From an uncultured Verrucomicrobiae bacterium (lineage in GTDB: Bacteria; Verrucomicrobiota; Verrucomicrobiia; Limisphaerales; JAFGQR01), in NCBI GenBank assembly GCA_963788655.1, contig CAWBHS010000087.1, positions 177,044-241,043 of the forward strand: a stretch of 64,000 nucleotides of DNA, in the 5' to 3' direction. The position numbers and the translations under genes were made by a program. This document shows, piece by piece, positions 20,791-32,113 of this stretch. Under the pieces are notes generated by a model. It ran no database searches. It worked only from the letters and a program-made list of their open reading frames with translations, and was not told the origin of the DNA. Position 1 is the first letter of the stretch. Each line of letters begins with the position of its first letter.

Positions 20791-21813
20791 CTAGAACGGC
20801 CCTTTCGGCAGCCGCCAGTCGCGGTTAAAGGGCGGCTTCGCGCGCGGCGGAATCGGATCATCGGGCCAATCCTTTGCGTGTTCGGCGCGTTCCGCGTCCG
20901 TGGCGTGGAAGCGGAGCCAGACTTGCGTGTCTTCCTCGCTGCCACTGCCGACGAAATCGTGGAACCAGCCGCCCATCCGAGAGCGTTTGCCGGGCAGCAA
21001 GGCATCATCACGCAGGCCGCTGTCCCACAGCGCCGTGTAAAGCTCGCGGTCGCTGAGATGGTCGGTATGGAGGACGTAGAATCCGCGGCAAGCGAGATGA
21101 TGCAGCAGTTCCCAGAGCTTGGCAGTAAGCGTTTCGTCGGTCAATTCCGCGGGCGGAATGGGCGCGGCCCCAGCGCGCTGGAGTTGTTCCATGGGGCGCT
21201 GCCAACCTTGGCCGCCTTCCCCACCGGTGATGGCAGCTTGCTCCGCCCGCCGGCGTTCGGCGCGGATTTCGCTATCGACCGTCTTCAGTCCGAGCGGGTC
21301 GTCCTCCACGTCCTCCTCTGTCGGAAACGGATCGTCTTCGTCATCCACGGGTGGCAGGCCGGGCGGAACGGGCAGCCAGCGGTCGCGGTCATAGGCCGGG
21401 TCTTCGTGCAGGGGCAGGGAATCGAGATGGTGTTCGCGGGCGAACTCCAGTCGTTCCTCTTCGCTCGCAAAGTAGCGCAGCCAAATGATCGGATCGAGCC
21501 CATTGTTGAAATCCGTCATGTCAATGTAATCAACCTCCTCCCCTTCTGGCGGGATGCCGGAGCTTTCGTCCTCCAGCCACTGGTCGTGCAGCCAGGTGTA
21601 AAGGTCGCAGTCACTGAGCAGATCCGTATGATCCAGGTAAAGCCGCTGCCCGGCCATCGCATAAATGAATTCCCAAAGCCGTCCCGGCAGTTGAAAACCG
21701 TCGAGCGCGGCGGGAGGCAACGGTTCATAGCCGAGGTGCCGGAATATCTCACGTGCCGGCCGCCAATCACCTTCGTCGAACGGGTCCGTGTAGTCAGGCG
21801 TCGAGTCGGACAT
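20791..21813 (-). CDS. acidic hypothetical protein made of two tandem copies of one domain
   Basis: Repeat halves LWEFIYAMA..LYLDHTDLLSDCDLYTWL..WLRYFA..YDRDRWLP and LWELLHHLA..FYVLHTDHLSDRELYTAL..WLRFHA..FNRDWRLP. Confidence 0.85.
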   Translation of the reverse strand: MSDSTPDYTDPFDEGDWRPAREIFRHLGYEPLPPAALDGFQLPGRLWEFIYAMAGQRLYLDHTDLLSDCDLYTWLHDQWLEDESSGIPPEGEEVDYIDMTDFNNGLDPIIWLRYFASEEERLEFAREHHLDSLPLHEDPAYDRDRWLPVPPGLPPVDDEDDPFPTEEDVEDDPLGLKTVDSEIRAERRRAEQAAITGGEGGQGWQRPMEQLQRAGAAPIPPAELTDETLTAKLWELLHHLACRGFYVLHTDHLSDRELYTALWDSGLRDDALLPGKRSRMGGWFHDFVGSGSEEDTQVWLRFHATDAERAEHAKDWPDDPIPPRAKPPFNRDWRLPKGPF

Positions 21814-21849
21814 GAACGGTATTGTGGCGTACTGAATAAATTCCGTGAA
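21814..21849 (-). promoter_or_regulatory. candidate sigma70 leaderless promoter
   Basis: TTCACG-N17-CACAAT-N7-ATG, no SD. Confidence 0.35.
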
Positions 21850-21942
21850 GCCTTACTTTCCAGGGCGACCGCGCCCAAATTAACACGGTGAAGCGCTCAT
21901 ACGGGATGAGAAACCTATGTCGCCTCAGAGCGAGCATCGCCA

Positions 21943-23247
21943 TTACGGCGTGGACGCCAGCGGATCAACGGCAGCTTTCACTTGGACGTTTGCATGCGTG
22001 GCTTCCGTAGAAACGGTTTCTGGCTGATGCTTGGTTTTCTCGAAGGTCGGGAAGACTTCCTGGCCTTCGGCATTCAACATGCGCAGTTTGAAGTGGGTGC
22101 GATCCGCTTCCAGGATCATGACGGTGGCGCTTTTCAGTTCCGGGCCGCCGCCGTTGGCAATGGGATACGCGTTGTTCGCCGCCTCGGCCGGGAGAAATGC
22201 CGCCGCGTGTGTGTGGGCATTGATCGCGAGATTAATGTGCGCCTGCGACAGCAAACCGCCCCACAACGACCGACAAACTTTGTGGTAACCGCCTTTGGGT
22301 TTGGTGGGGTAAATGGGAATGTGATGCACCAGCACCCGCCAGGGAGCCGTGCGAAACGCGCGCGAATTCAGTTCGTGCTTCAGCCACTCGGTTTCCTCGC
22401 GCCGATACGAATCGAAATCCACCAACCCGGAATACGCGGGGTCATCGTCCGATTTGTCTTCGCCGCAATCGAGCACCAACCACCGCACCGGCCCGGCTGT
22501 GAAAGCATAATACGGTTTCCCTCCCGGCCAGGCAAAGAAACGCGGCAGATCACGCGCGAACGCGCCGCGGTTTTCATGATTGCCCCGCACGAAGAACGCC
22601 GGCCGACTGCCCGCCTGCACCCCCTCGGTAAACGCCACCAAATTGGACACGACCTGTTCCTTGCTGGCGGGATCGGCGAGGCAATCGCCATTGAACAGGG
22701 AAAAATCAAACCGCGTATTGCCGACCGCCTGACGGAGTGGCTGGAAGGTCGCTTGTTTATTGTGCAGATCGTTGAAGATGATGGCGGTGACCTTCTGGTC
22801 CCGCGCCGGCAACGTGCGGAAGGCGATTGTTTCCGACTGTTCCTCCGGTCCGAAGACCACTTTATACGCGCCAAAGGAGCGAATGGGCTTCCAGACCACG
22901 CGATAATAATAGCGAGTTTGGGGAAGCAATCCGTCGAGCACCACGCGGTGTTCCGTCACGTTGGCCGTGCGCAGGCCATTGACGGCGGCAGCTTGCTTTT
23001 TACCCAAGGCTTCGGTCGCACCGTATTCGACCCAACTGTAGGACGGTTGGTCGGTCTGCCACAGGAGCGCCACCGATTCCGGCGACAACACCTGCAGATA
23101 GGGTGGCACAGTCAGAACGCTGTTGGTGACCGCCGGGGTGGAATTGGCCGTCGCTGTGGTATTGGTCCCGGTTGCTTCCGCTTGCGCGCGCAAACTTGGA
23201 CCACCACAAACCAGCGAGATAACGAGAATAAAGAGCGTGCGTTTCAT
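21943..23247 (-). CDS. secreted purple acid phosphatase-like metallophosphoesterase with N-terminal FN3-like domain
   Basis: Signal peptide; NDLH, NGD, RGNHE, HHIP, AHTH metal motifs; PYLQ..VEYG..HRVVLDGL N-domain. Confidence 0.9.
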   Translation of the reverse strand: MKRTLFILVISLVCGGPSLRAQAEATGTNTTATANSTPAVTNSVLTVPPYLQVLSPESVALLWQTDQPSYSWVEYGATEALGKKQAAAVNGLRTANVTEHRVVLDGLLPQTRYYYRVVWKPIRSFGAYKVVFGPEEQSETIAFRTLPARDQKVTAIIFNDLHNKQATFQPLRQAVGNTRFDFSLFNGDCLADPASKEQVVSNLVAFTEGVQAGSRPAFFVRGNHENRGAFARDLPRFFAWPGGKPYYAFTAGPVRWLVLDCGEDKSDDDPAYSGLVDFDSYRREETEWLKHELNSRAFRTAPWRVLVHHIPIYPTKPKGGYHKVCRSLWGGLLSQAHINLAINAHTHAAAFLPAEAANNAYPIANGGGPELKSATVMILEADRTHFKLRMLNAEGQEVFPTFEKTKHQPETVSTEATHANVQVKAAVDPLASTP

Positions 23248-23364
23248 AATGGATCAATTCTGGTCAGACGAGGGCCATTCGGCGAGTCTTCATTTCTGGT
23301 TCATTTGGAGGCGCTCAGCCGTAACGATTCAGTCGCTGGAGCAGTCACCAAACGATTCGGCGAC

Positions 23365-23387
23365 GTAGGACAGGCATCTCGCCGGTC
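23365..23387 (+). repeat. single GTAG-type REP
   Basis: GTAGGACAGGCATCTCGCCGGTC, close to GTAGGACAGGCGTCCCGCCTGTC at 41175. Confidence 0.6.
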
Positions 23388-23610
23388 TCGAATCACCCAG
23401 GGCATTCCTCATTTCTGGGTGACGTTGCGAAAGTCTCGGCGCTGTAGTCCAAATCCCTGGCCCGGTATCCGGTATCTGGCTTCCTGCTGCCGTGTCAGCA
23501 AAAAGGCTGCTGGGCAATTTTTGTTAACTAAATCCTCCTGTGTCGTTACCGACTGGCATTTTATCCGCTTCGCAAAGTGCCACCTCTGAATACTCGGTAC
23601 GGCGTGGCCC

Positions 23611-25993
23611 ATGAACAACAATATTGCAGCACCAGTTAAAGAAGCGGTTACTCTGATTCCCGGCCTGCAATCATCGACAGATTCCCTAGGCGCACAAGTC
23701 ATAGCATGCATTGCTGATGGAATTGCGCTCTTCGATGACGACTGCAAGTGCGTGCTTTGGAACCCGGCCATGGAACGTCTAACCGGTGTTCCTCCGATCA
23801 CGGCGCTTGGTCGGCCCATCTCGGAATTGTTTGCCGATGGGCAAAAGGATACCGTGACGGCAAGTTTGTCCCAGGTGTTTTCCGGAGAATCTGTTACCCT
23901 GCCCAATTTGCCGGCGCCGGCCACCACGTCGGAACCCGCTGGTTTCTGGGAGGTTCGTTTCAGTCCCTGGCGCCAAACTGATCGTGGCATTTGCGGAGCC
24001 ATGGTTCAGGCGCGATCTGTTTCCAATCGTGCCCCGTCAACCAGTGGGCCTGGGGATGCCGACGGGCGTTCCGCCACGGAATCCGAACTGCGCGTGCAAG
24101 CCGCCGCCCTGGAATCGGCCGCCAACAGCATTGTGATCACTGACCGGCAGGGGCGCATCGCCTGGGTCAATCCCGCGTTCAGCCGCTTGACTGGTTATTC
24201 CCCCGCCGAAGCCATCGGGCAAAATCCCCGGGTGCTCAAATCCGGCCGGCATGAGCCCGAGTTTTACCGGGACATGTTGAGAACCATTTCTTCCGGCAAA
24301 GTCTGGCAGGGCGAAATCATCAATCGCCGCAAGAACGGCACGTTGTACACTGAGGAAATGACCATCACCCCCGTGCCGAACCACGCGGGCGAAATCACTC
24401 ATTTTATCGCCATCAAAACCGACGTGACCGAGCGCAAGGAAATGGAAACCGAACTGGAGCACTCCCGGCAACGGTTTGCGCGCATTTTCCAATCCAGTCC
24501 GGCGGCCATCGGCATCTGCACCGTGGCGGAAGAACGGCTGCTCGACGTAAACGATAACTTTTTGCGTTTACTCGGCTACGAGCGGGAAGAAATCATCGGC
24601 CTCAGCGCCGCCACCTTGGGCTTGTGGGGGGACGAAGCCCAGCACGCCCGGCTGATGGCGCAGGTGCGGGACGAAGGGGCCATCGCCAATTGCGAAATCC
24701 TGCTCCGCTCGAAACTGGGTCCGTTGCTTGACGCGCTGGTTTCCGTCGAACGCATCCAACTCGGCGCCGATCCCTGTCTGGTGTTCCTCATCCTGGACAT
24801 CACGGAACGCAAACGCCTCGAGCAACAACTGCGTCAGGCGCAGAAAATGGAAAGCTTGGGAACGCTTGCCGGGGGCGTGGCGCACGACTTCAATAACCTG
24901 CTCACCGTGATGCAGGGCCATGCCAATCTGGCGCTGCACGCCGAAAAACTTCCCGAACGCACCACCGAATCGTTGCGGCAAATCACCCAAGCGTCCGAAC
25001 AAGCCGCCAATCTGACCCGGCAGTTGCTGACGTTTAGCCGCAAGCAACCGGCCCAGCTTCGTCTGCTCAATTTGAACGAAGTCGTGGGTAATCTGACGAA
25101 GATGTTGCGCCGGATCATTGGCGAGGATATCACGCTCGAATGTAAGTATTCGCCCCAGATTGCGTCGATCATGGCCGACGTGGGCATGATGGAACAAATC
25201 GTCCTGAACCTGGCAGTGAATGCCCGCGATGCCATGCCGGAGGGCGGATCGCTGTTGATTAGTACCCGAACCGGCGCGCGTGGACGCAGCCCAAGCCCGG
25301 CAGCAACCCGGAGCCCGGGAAGGTCAGTTCGTCCGCCTGGTCGTGCGCGATTCCGGCACGGGGATGGAGCCGGAATTGTTGCCGCGCATCTTTGAACCTT
25401 TTTTCACCACGAAAGACGTTGGCAAAGGCACCGGTTTGGGCTTGGCGACGGTCCACGGCATTATACAACAGCACCAGGGCTGGATCGAAGTCACGAGCCA
25501 ACCGCAACGCGGAACGGAGTTTCGGATTTACCTTCCGGCGAGCGAACGCAAGAAACCCGCGGAGTTTGATACGGCGCTGGCTTCGAAAGTTCGTGGCGGC
25601 AAAGAAACCATTTTGCTGGTCGAAGACGATCCGGGCGTGCAAGGCCTGGCCCGCCAGGTGTTGGCCCGCTACGGCTATGGCGTGCTGGTGGCAGCTTCCG
25701 GCCACGAAGCGCTCGAGGTCTGGCAAAACCTTGACCGGCCGATTGACCTGTTGTTGACCGACGTGATCATGCCGGGCGGCTTGAGTGGCCGGCAATTGGC
25801 GGATCGCCTGCGCACTCTGAAACCCGATCTGCGGGTCGTTTTCACCAGTGGCTACAGTCCGGATGTTGCCGGCCTTTGTGACGACAATGACGCCGGCACG
25901 CGCTTTCTCTCCAAACCCTACCCGCCCCGCGAACTGGCCAAAACCGTGCGGGAATGCTTGGACGGCGATCCTGGCGTGTCGGAGACGGCGTAA
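23611..25993 (+). CDS. hybrid sensor histidine kinase (3 PAS, HisKA, HATPase, REC; CckA-like); frameshift ~25270
   Basis: LAGGVAHDFNNLL H-box, LNLAVNARDAM N-box; second frame DSGTGM..IFEPFFTTK..GTGLGL and receiver ILLVEDD..LLLTDVIMP..FLSKP. Confidence 0.9.
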
Positions 25994-26099
25994 GAAGTTT
26001 GTAACTTCTTTTGGCTTCGCCTGTCTTCGAATTTCAGAGTCTCGTTACCTCGCCTCCTACGAGAACTGGCTGGTAGGAGTCGAGGGGACGAGACTCTGA
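25978..26099. repeat. REP cluster left of RAYT: degenerate REP pair (25978-26060) plus third REP (26073-26099)
   Basis: TCAGAGTCTCGTTACCTCGCCTCCTAC inverted against GTAGGAGTCGAGGGGACGAGACTCTGA; 25978-26060 is an imperfect direct repeat of 26784-26865. Confidence 0.85.
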
Positions 26100-26113
26100 C
26101 TAAATTTATTATC

Positions 26114-26719
26114 TCACCCAATGGGAGGGCGTTTGATGTTCCCGGCATCCGGCTGACGCCACTTGGCGTAGATTCGCCAGAACTTGGGCCAGAAATCATC
26201 GCCCACCGGATTCAGCTCCGGATAACCGGGCAGGATGCAGCCGGTAAACGGCCCCGTGTCCGACGTCGCCATGAGGCTTGCTCGCACTGGATTCGCGGCA
26301 ATGTAAAAACAGACCTTCGCAAAGGCGTTCCGCTTTCGTTGCTCCGCTCGCAGGACTTCGTCTTGGGCTTGTGGCTGGAACCGGGCGGGAGCAAGCTTCG
26401 GCTCCAGAAACCTGCGCAAGAACGCCATGCCGTTGAGTTGGTCGGAGTCCCGCCTCAACCCCATCCACACCAAATGCAAGTGATCCGGCATCAAACAATA
26501 GATCGGACACAGCAATGCTTCGCGAGCGGCGGTGTGGAACATCAGTTCCCGGAAACGCTGGTGGAATGCGGCGCTCAACCAACCTTGCGCCCGGTCGAAT
26601 ATTGTGAGCGTCCAAAACACCACGGCATCGCCTTGATAGTGCTCGCGCGGCAGCCGGGGCAGATAGCCCACGCGGTTCAGCGGATCAGGAGATGATTTTG
26701 GTGGTTGATGGAAATTCAT
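26114..26719 (-). mobile_element. rayT: REP-associated tyrosine transposase (RAYT; Y1 HUH family), 201 aa
   Basis: LPRL..Y..VFWT, YCLMPDHLHLV (HUH), FQPQAQDEVLR, FYIAANPVRASL (catalytic Tyr plus RAYT NPV motif); GTAG REPs on both sides. Confidence 0.85.
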
Positions 26720-26783
26720 TACTAAAAGATCAACAACTGGTCATTGGTTGGAGTCGTTTGGTCGTTCAACCTGGCCGTATTCT

Positions 26784-26865
26784 GTAGGAGACGACGTGAG
26801 GAGTCTCTAACTTCTTTTGCCATCCTACGGTCTCAATATCAGAGTCTCGTTACCTCGACTCCTAC
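26784..26865. repeat. REP doublet (REPIN) right of RAYT
   Basis: GTAGGAGACGACGTGAGGAGTCTC..spacer..GAGTCTCGTTACCTCGACTCCTAC. Confidence 0.9.
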
Positions 26866-26888
26866 GAGGATTAGATCCCAGCAGGCGG

Positions 26889-29800
26889 TCACTTCAATAA
26901 CTCCAGCCCCGGCCGGAACGGAACGGTCCCCAACGTCACGGGCCGAAAAATTCCACCGGCGCCATACCAATCATAAACGCGGACGGCGATGACCGCTGGC
27001 TGCCCCGGGACAACCCAGCGGGTAATGTCATGGCTCTTCCGTTCATTGAAGGCATCCTGCCGGGTGGCGAGGTCGCCGCCTTTGCCGGCCAGTTCGCCGT
27101 TGACGTAAAGCTCGTAAATGTCATCCACGCCCTCGAAGGAGAGATAAATCGGGCGACCTTGCCATCGGCTCGGAATGTCAACCGCCAAACGATACCAGGC
27201 CCAATGGTCGAGCGTGGGATACCCCTGCCCTTCCCACGCCGCGCCGATCTTGATGGCAGCCCAATCCTTCGCCGAATCAAGTTGCGGCCGTTGCCAGCCC
27301 AGGGCCAGGCCCTGATTATTCGGATCCGGACGAAACTGCCATTGGCGCTTAACCAGCGGAATGGTTTCCGCGTGTAATTGCATTTTCAAAAACTGCCAAC
27401 GCTCGTCGGATAACCTGTGCTTCGGTTCCGGGCCGGCCTGCAAGCGGTCCAGCAATACGCCAAGCAGCCAGCGGCCGGCCGCATTGGACTGACCGCGGTG
27501 ATTAAGGGCGCTCACTAACAACCGTCCGCGACCGGCCTGCGTTTCAAACACCAGGCCGTGCAGTTTGATGGTCTGCAAATCGTGCGTATCCCAAAGCATC
27601 AGCAGCGGATCGATGACGTCCAGATAGTCCACGTTGGGAATGACTTCGCTGGCCAGATCGAAATGCTGCAACTCGACCAGCAGGTTCCGCGGCACGGTTT
27701 CCAGCAAGGACGATCCCGGCACGAATGGCGCGCCTCGCAGAAACCAATGCGCCGCCAACGGAAAGCTGTTGGTTTGACCATCCGGCAGCAACAAGACGCG
27801 CCCGCCCGCTTCGAGGAGGCGCACCAGTTGATCGTCGAATCGGCTGGCGACGACGACGTGATCCGTGGATGTCGAACGGTCGCCAAGAGGTTCAGCTTCG
27901 GGAAAGAGTTCCCGGGACGTTTCCGAAGAAACCGAAGTGTGCAGGCGAACGTTGGAAAAAATGTTGGAGGCCGATATTGGCATCACCCACAGCGGCCAAT
28001 GATTGCGGAGTTCCTTTTGCGACGTTCGCAGCGACGCCCGAAGTTCAACGGGCAGCGGACGCTTTACGTCGGGCAGTGGAAAATCGATGCCGCGCCACTT
28101 TGGCGAGATTGCCGGCTGCTTGCTGGACATGCGCTCTATTCAATCGTTGAAAGCGATTTATCCGTATGTTCCGATTCCACCAACTCCACCGTGAGTTCCG
28201 CATCCCTCAGATCATCATTTCCAAAATGGCTTAGCCAGAGTTCGGCCTGCAATCGTCCACCGCCCAAAAAACTGCGGCAATCATTCGGCGTTTTTAGCAG
28301 ACAAATCGTTTCCCGCTGCCAGGACCAATCGGTGGCCGGCCATTTCGGTTGGTCATTGTAGTCAATCAAACCCATGGAAGCGTTGGGAATGTCGCGAATG
28401 ACACTCACCACGTAGCCGCCATGGGGCACCTCGCGCCGGTAGGTTTCAATCTGATATTTCCGCATGAGCAACGCGTAGCGCAACGAATCCGGGCCGAGGC
28501 GATCCAGTCCTTCGGGGCCGGTGACGGATCGCATTCGTTCCAGCCACCGGGCCTGTTCGTCCAACGGACCCGGCGCCCAAAACGGCCGATCGTCACCGAG
28601 CCGCTGAAGCAATGGCGCGCGGTCCACCCACGTGTCCGCCGCGATGGCTTCGCCGAGGACCAACGGCTTCACGCCGTGGGAGCGCACATAGTCGTTCAGC
28701 CGGTGCAAGGTCGGCACCCAGGTGTGATTGTTGCCATACGGATGATCGTCGTAGAAATCATTCACACGATTCCAGCCAATCCAACTTGAGTCGTCCTCGA
28801 CTACGGCGCCGGGAATCATGGCGTGCGCCAGATCGTAAAGCCGTTGAATGACTGGCAATTCTGCGCCGGGACCAGTCTCGCAGGTCAAACTCCGCAGGAT
28901 TACCGACGGATGATTGCGGTCGTAGTAGAAGAACTCTTGGAACTCGCGCTGCAATGGGCCCCGAAACTTTTCGGTAAGCTGCGGATGCCAGGTCGGATAT
29001 TCCATCCACGTCAGCACGCCGAGTTCATCAGCCAACTCCAAATAGCGTTGCGGCGGAATCCACAGGCAAAACTTCATCAAGTTGAATCCGTAGGAGCGCG
29101 CGAACTCCAGCTCCTGGCGCCAGGTTTCCTCGCCGGGATTGGGCGCCGTCAACGGCGGGCTGTAACCCCAGTTCAACACACCCCGGATGCCCAGGGCGTT
29201 GCCATTGAGTCGGAATTGATCGCCCTGCACGTCGATGGTCCGAAACGCGGCGCGCGTAGACACCGCGTCACCATTGGTTCCTGGCAAGGCAAGTTGGAGT
29301 TCGTATAATAGCGGATTGGCGGGCGACCAGCGTTGCGGATCGCGCACGGGAATTTCCGCGCGCAGCAGGTGAGCATCATCCTGGTCACGCTGAAGGGGCG
29401 CCGTCAGTTCCTGATAATCGGCTTGACCACGAAGCCGGTAACGAACGCGTAATTCACGAATTTCGACCGATGTATTTCCCGCCAGCGCCAGCGCCAGCTT
29501 GAGCCGTTTGTTGGCCCAATCCCCGTACGCTTGCAGGCGCAAGTCATCCACGTAAGTGTCCGGCACCAGCACCAACTGGACACCCTGCCAAAGACCGCCG
29601 AAGTGCGGGGCGATGATCGGCAAAAAGCCCTGGGTGTTGTGCCCCACTTTTTCGTCCAGGCGCACTCGCAATTCATGTGGTCGGTTCGGAGCGGCTGCGC
29701 GTACCAGGTCCGTTACGTCGAAACGGAACGGAGTCCAAGCGCCCAGGTGGCTGCCCAAGCGGTGGCCGTTCCACCACACCGTTGCCTCAGTGGCCGCCGC

Positions 29801-30103
29801 TTCGAAGTGCAACAATACGCGCTGCCCTTTTGCCAACGCGAACGGCGGAATGGTCTTGCGATACCAGCCGACACCATTGAACTCGATGCCTTCGTGGCTT
29901 TCAAAACTCGAAGGAACTGCCACCTCTTTCCAAGATTCTGGTGCGGCACCGTTGCGCTGAAATTGCCACGAGCCGTTCAAGGAAATCTCCTGACGCGATG
30001 CCGCAGGGCTGGAGACAACCACGCTCAAAAAACCCAGCGCACCACATATCAAAACAGACCGGACAAACCACGGCGCGGTCCAGAAAGAAAAAGGCGTTCG
30101 CAC
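26889..30103 (-). CDS. secreted GH2-family glycoside hydrolase with second C-terminal sugar-binding domain; frameshift ~28135
   Basis: ISLNGSWQF..GVGWYRK..LHFEAA..GGLWQGV; RNHPSVILRSLTCETG; downstream ORF ends with WYRL..FEGVDD..VYDWYGAGGIFRPV. Confidence 0.85.
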
Positions 30104-30173
30104 CTGGGTTGCTTACCGAGTCGAACGCGATGCGTCAACCGCTTTGGAATGCACTGAGGTCATTGGCCATTGG

Positions 30174-30863
30174 TCATTCCAATTCCGTCCATGGCCGGTT
30201 CACCGGCGTGATGACGACTTGCTTGTTGGTAATCCCGACCTCATCAATGCGATTAACGAAATCGATGAGGTGCGGATTACGTTCCGCGTCATCGAGCAGA
30301 TTCTTCTTTTTAACTTTGGCTTCGAACCAGCCGGGGGGCTCCTTGCCATTGGCTTTGACCGAAATGACGTACAACGCTGGAAAACCGTCTTCTTCCAGTT
30401 CGAATTTCAGCCAAGCCACCCCGTTGAGATACCGTCCCTTGAGTTCCGCCTTCTTGGTTTGATCCAAAGGCACCGAGAAGTCGGCGCGGATTTTGCCATC
30501 TTCGATGTTGAGCCGCACCCGGTCCTTGATCTGCGGGATGTTGGCGACCAACGCATTCAGATCCTCCTCCGTCAATTTGAACGGGGCGGTCGGTTTTCCG
30601 GAAACCACGTTTTGGTAGAATTGCCCCCATTTCTGTTTAAGACCTTCGAAGTCGGCGGGGGTCGCCGCCACCGGGGCCAGGGCCACGGGTTGGGTCGTGG
30701 TGTAATTTCTGATCAGCGACTTGTAATAACTCACCAAAACCACCAAAGCTGTGCCCGCCAACAGCGCCAAACAGCCCACGCCAATCAGCAAATAGACCCA
30801 CCACCGCCGTTTCTTCCGCGGCGGCACCCCGGTTTCGATGGTTTGTGCATCGTTGGTTTCCAT
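30174..30863 (-). CDS. hypothetical membrane-anchored protein
   Basis: PPRKKRR followed by one TM helix (WWVYLLIGVGCLALLAGTALVVLV) and a soluble domain. Confidence 0.75.
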   Translation of the reverse strand: METNDAQTIETGVPPRKKRRWWVYLLIGVGCLALLAGTALVVLVSYYKSLIRNYTTTQPVALAPVAATPADFEGLKQKWGQFYQNVVSGKPTAPFKLTEEDLNALVANIPQIKDRVRLNIEDGKIRADFSVPLDQTKKAELKGRYLNGVAWLKFELEEDGFPALYVISVKANGKEPPGWFEAKVKKKNLLDDAERNPHLIDFVNRIDEVGITNKQVVITPVNRPWTELE

Positions 30864-31003
30864 TGCAGAAATAACCCGCAACCGGCCCTCCAAGTTGCGC
30901 CTAATTCATTAAAACGTAGCCGCGGCGGTGAGGCCGCGGCCAACGCTTTCCTCTGACCATCCGACTTTCCTAAAGGAAATCCAACTGGATCGCGCCCCCC
31001 CGC

Positions 31004-31744
31004 TCACATCTTACCGTTCGCGGCCCACGCGGTACCCTGCTGAATCAGCTTTTGGACCGCGGGATTATCCACCGCCTTGCCGTCATGGCCGAAGGTGTGA
31101 TGAAATACCCGGCCCTGCCCATAGTTCACCGTGAACGCCAGCGGTTCTGTCTTATGGCTCCAATCGGAATCGGCCGTCACCAACACATGAATGGGCGCGT
31201 CCCCTTGTAGCTTGGCATACAGCTCGTCATCCGCTTCGAAGGTGCCCACCCCCTGGGTTATGGGATGGTCGGCATCCACAATCTTGCAAGCGAAGGTGCT
31301 GCGCGGGCCGTGTCCCGATTTGCCCATGACCCAATATCGGCCGCACAATTTCTTGAACTCGTCCCATTCCTTGAACGAAGCACTGGACAGGTGCGTGACC
31401 ACAAATCCTTTGCCGCCTTTCACGAAGTCCACCAGGTTTTCCTTGGCCCGGTCGGTCAGCGTCGGGGTCGAGGCATTGTACATCGACAGGTAAATCACGT
31501 CATACCGTTGCAGGCTGGCCGCGGACTCCAACACCCCGGGGTCTTCGCACACCTTGACATTGAAATTCCCACCGGCCAATAAAACCACCCGCGTGGCCTC
31601 GGAAACTTCCCGCCATTTGTGGGCCCCCACGTCGTCGCCGGTGAGCAGGAGCACGTTAATTTTCTTGGGAGCATTCGCGGCGGGGGCATTGGGAGCCATC
31701 GCCAACACTCCCCAACTCAGCAGAGCAGTCAGTAACAAGCGCAT
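31004..31744 (-). CDS. secreted ThuA-like (class I GATase-fold) protein
   Basis: VLLLTG..H.W, FVKGGKGFVVTH, HPITQG..DELY, GQGRVFHHTFGH; signal peptide from ATG 31744. Confidence 0.9.
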   Translation of the reverse strand: MRLLLTALLSWGVLAMAPNAPAANAPKKINVLLLTGDDVGAHKWREVSEATRVVLLAGGNFNVKVCEDPGVLESAASLQRYDVIYLSMYNASTPTLTDRAKENLVDFVKGGKGFVVTHLSSASFKEWDEFKKLCGRYWVMGKSGHGPRSTFACKIVDADHPITQGVGTFEADDELYAKLQGDAPIHVLVTADSDWSHKTEPLAFTVNYGQGRVFHHTFGHDGKAVDNPAVQKLIQQGTAWAANGKM

Positions 31745-32113
31745 AGATTTTCGATTGGTTAAGTTAAACAATGTTTCAGCCAAGGTGGATACGATTAATC
31801 AGCGAAGACTCGCCGGTCAAGCAAACAACCCAAGCCAATGACTCAAGCCGTAGAGCTGTCCCCGGCATCCGCGCTCCCCCAAGCCCTCACCGTGGCCGCG
31901 CCTTTGGTGTGCGCAAGCCAGCCTCGGCGTGACGAATACTTCACAGGCTTGTCGGGGTGTGCGCCATTAGCTTTGCGGAATCCGGAGGAATCGTCTAACG
32001 TTCGGCGGGTTCAACCCACCGGCCATCGGTCTGTTGATCGTGGGAGAGGAAGCCGGACGACCAGGAAGCGTCTGGCAACCGCCCCAGCCTGATGGCTAAC
32101 GTCAATGCTCTAT

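Noticed and set aside
25255..25290. Programmed frameshifting or phase variation at the broken genes
   Set aside because: No slippery heptamer or long homopolymer at this or most other breaks; breaks are widespread, including in ilvD.
26114..26719. IS200/IS605 element
   Set aside because: No tnpB; NPV motif and flanking GTAG REPs fit RAYT better.
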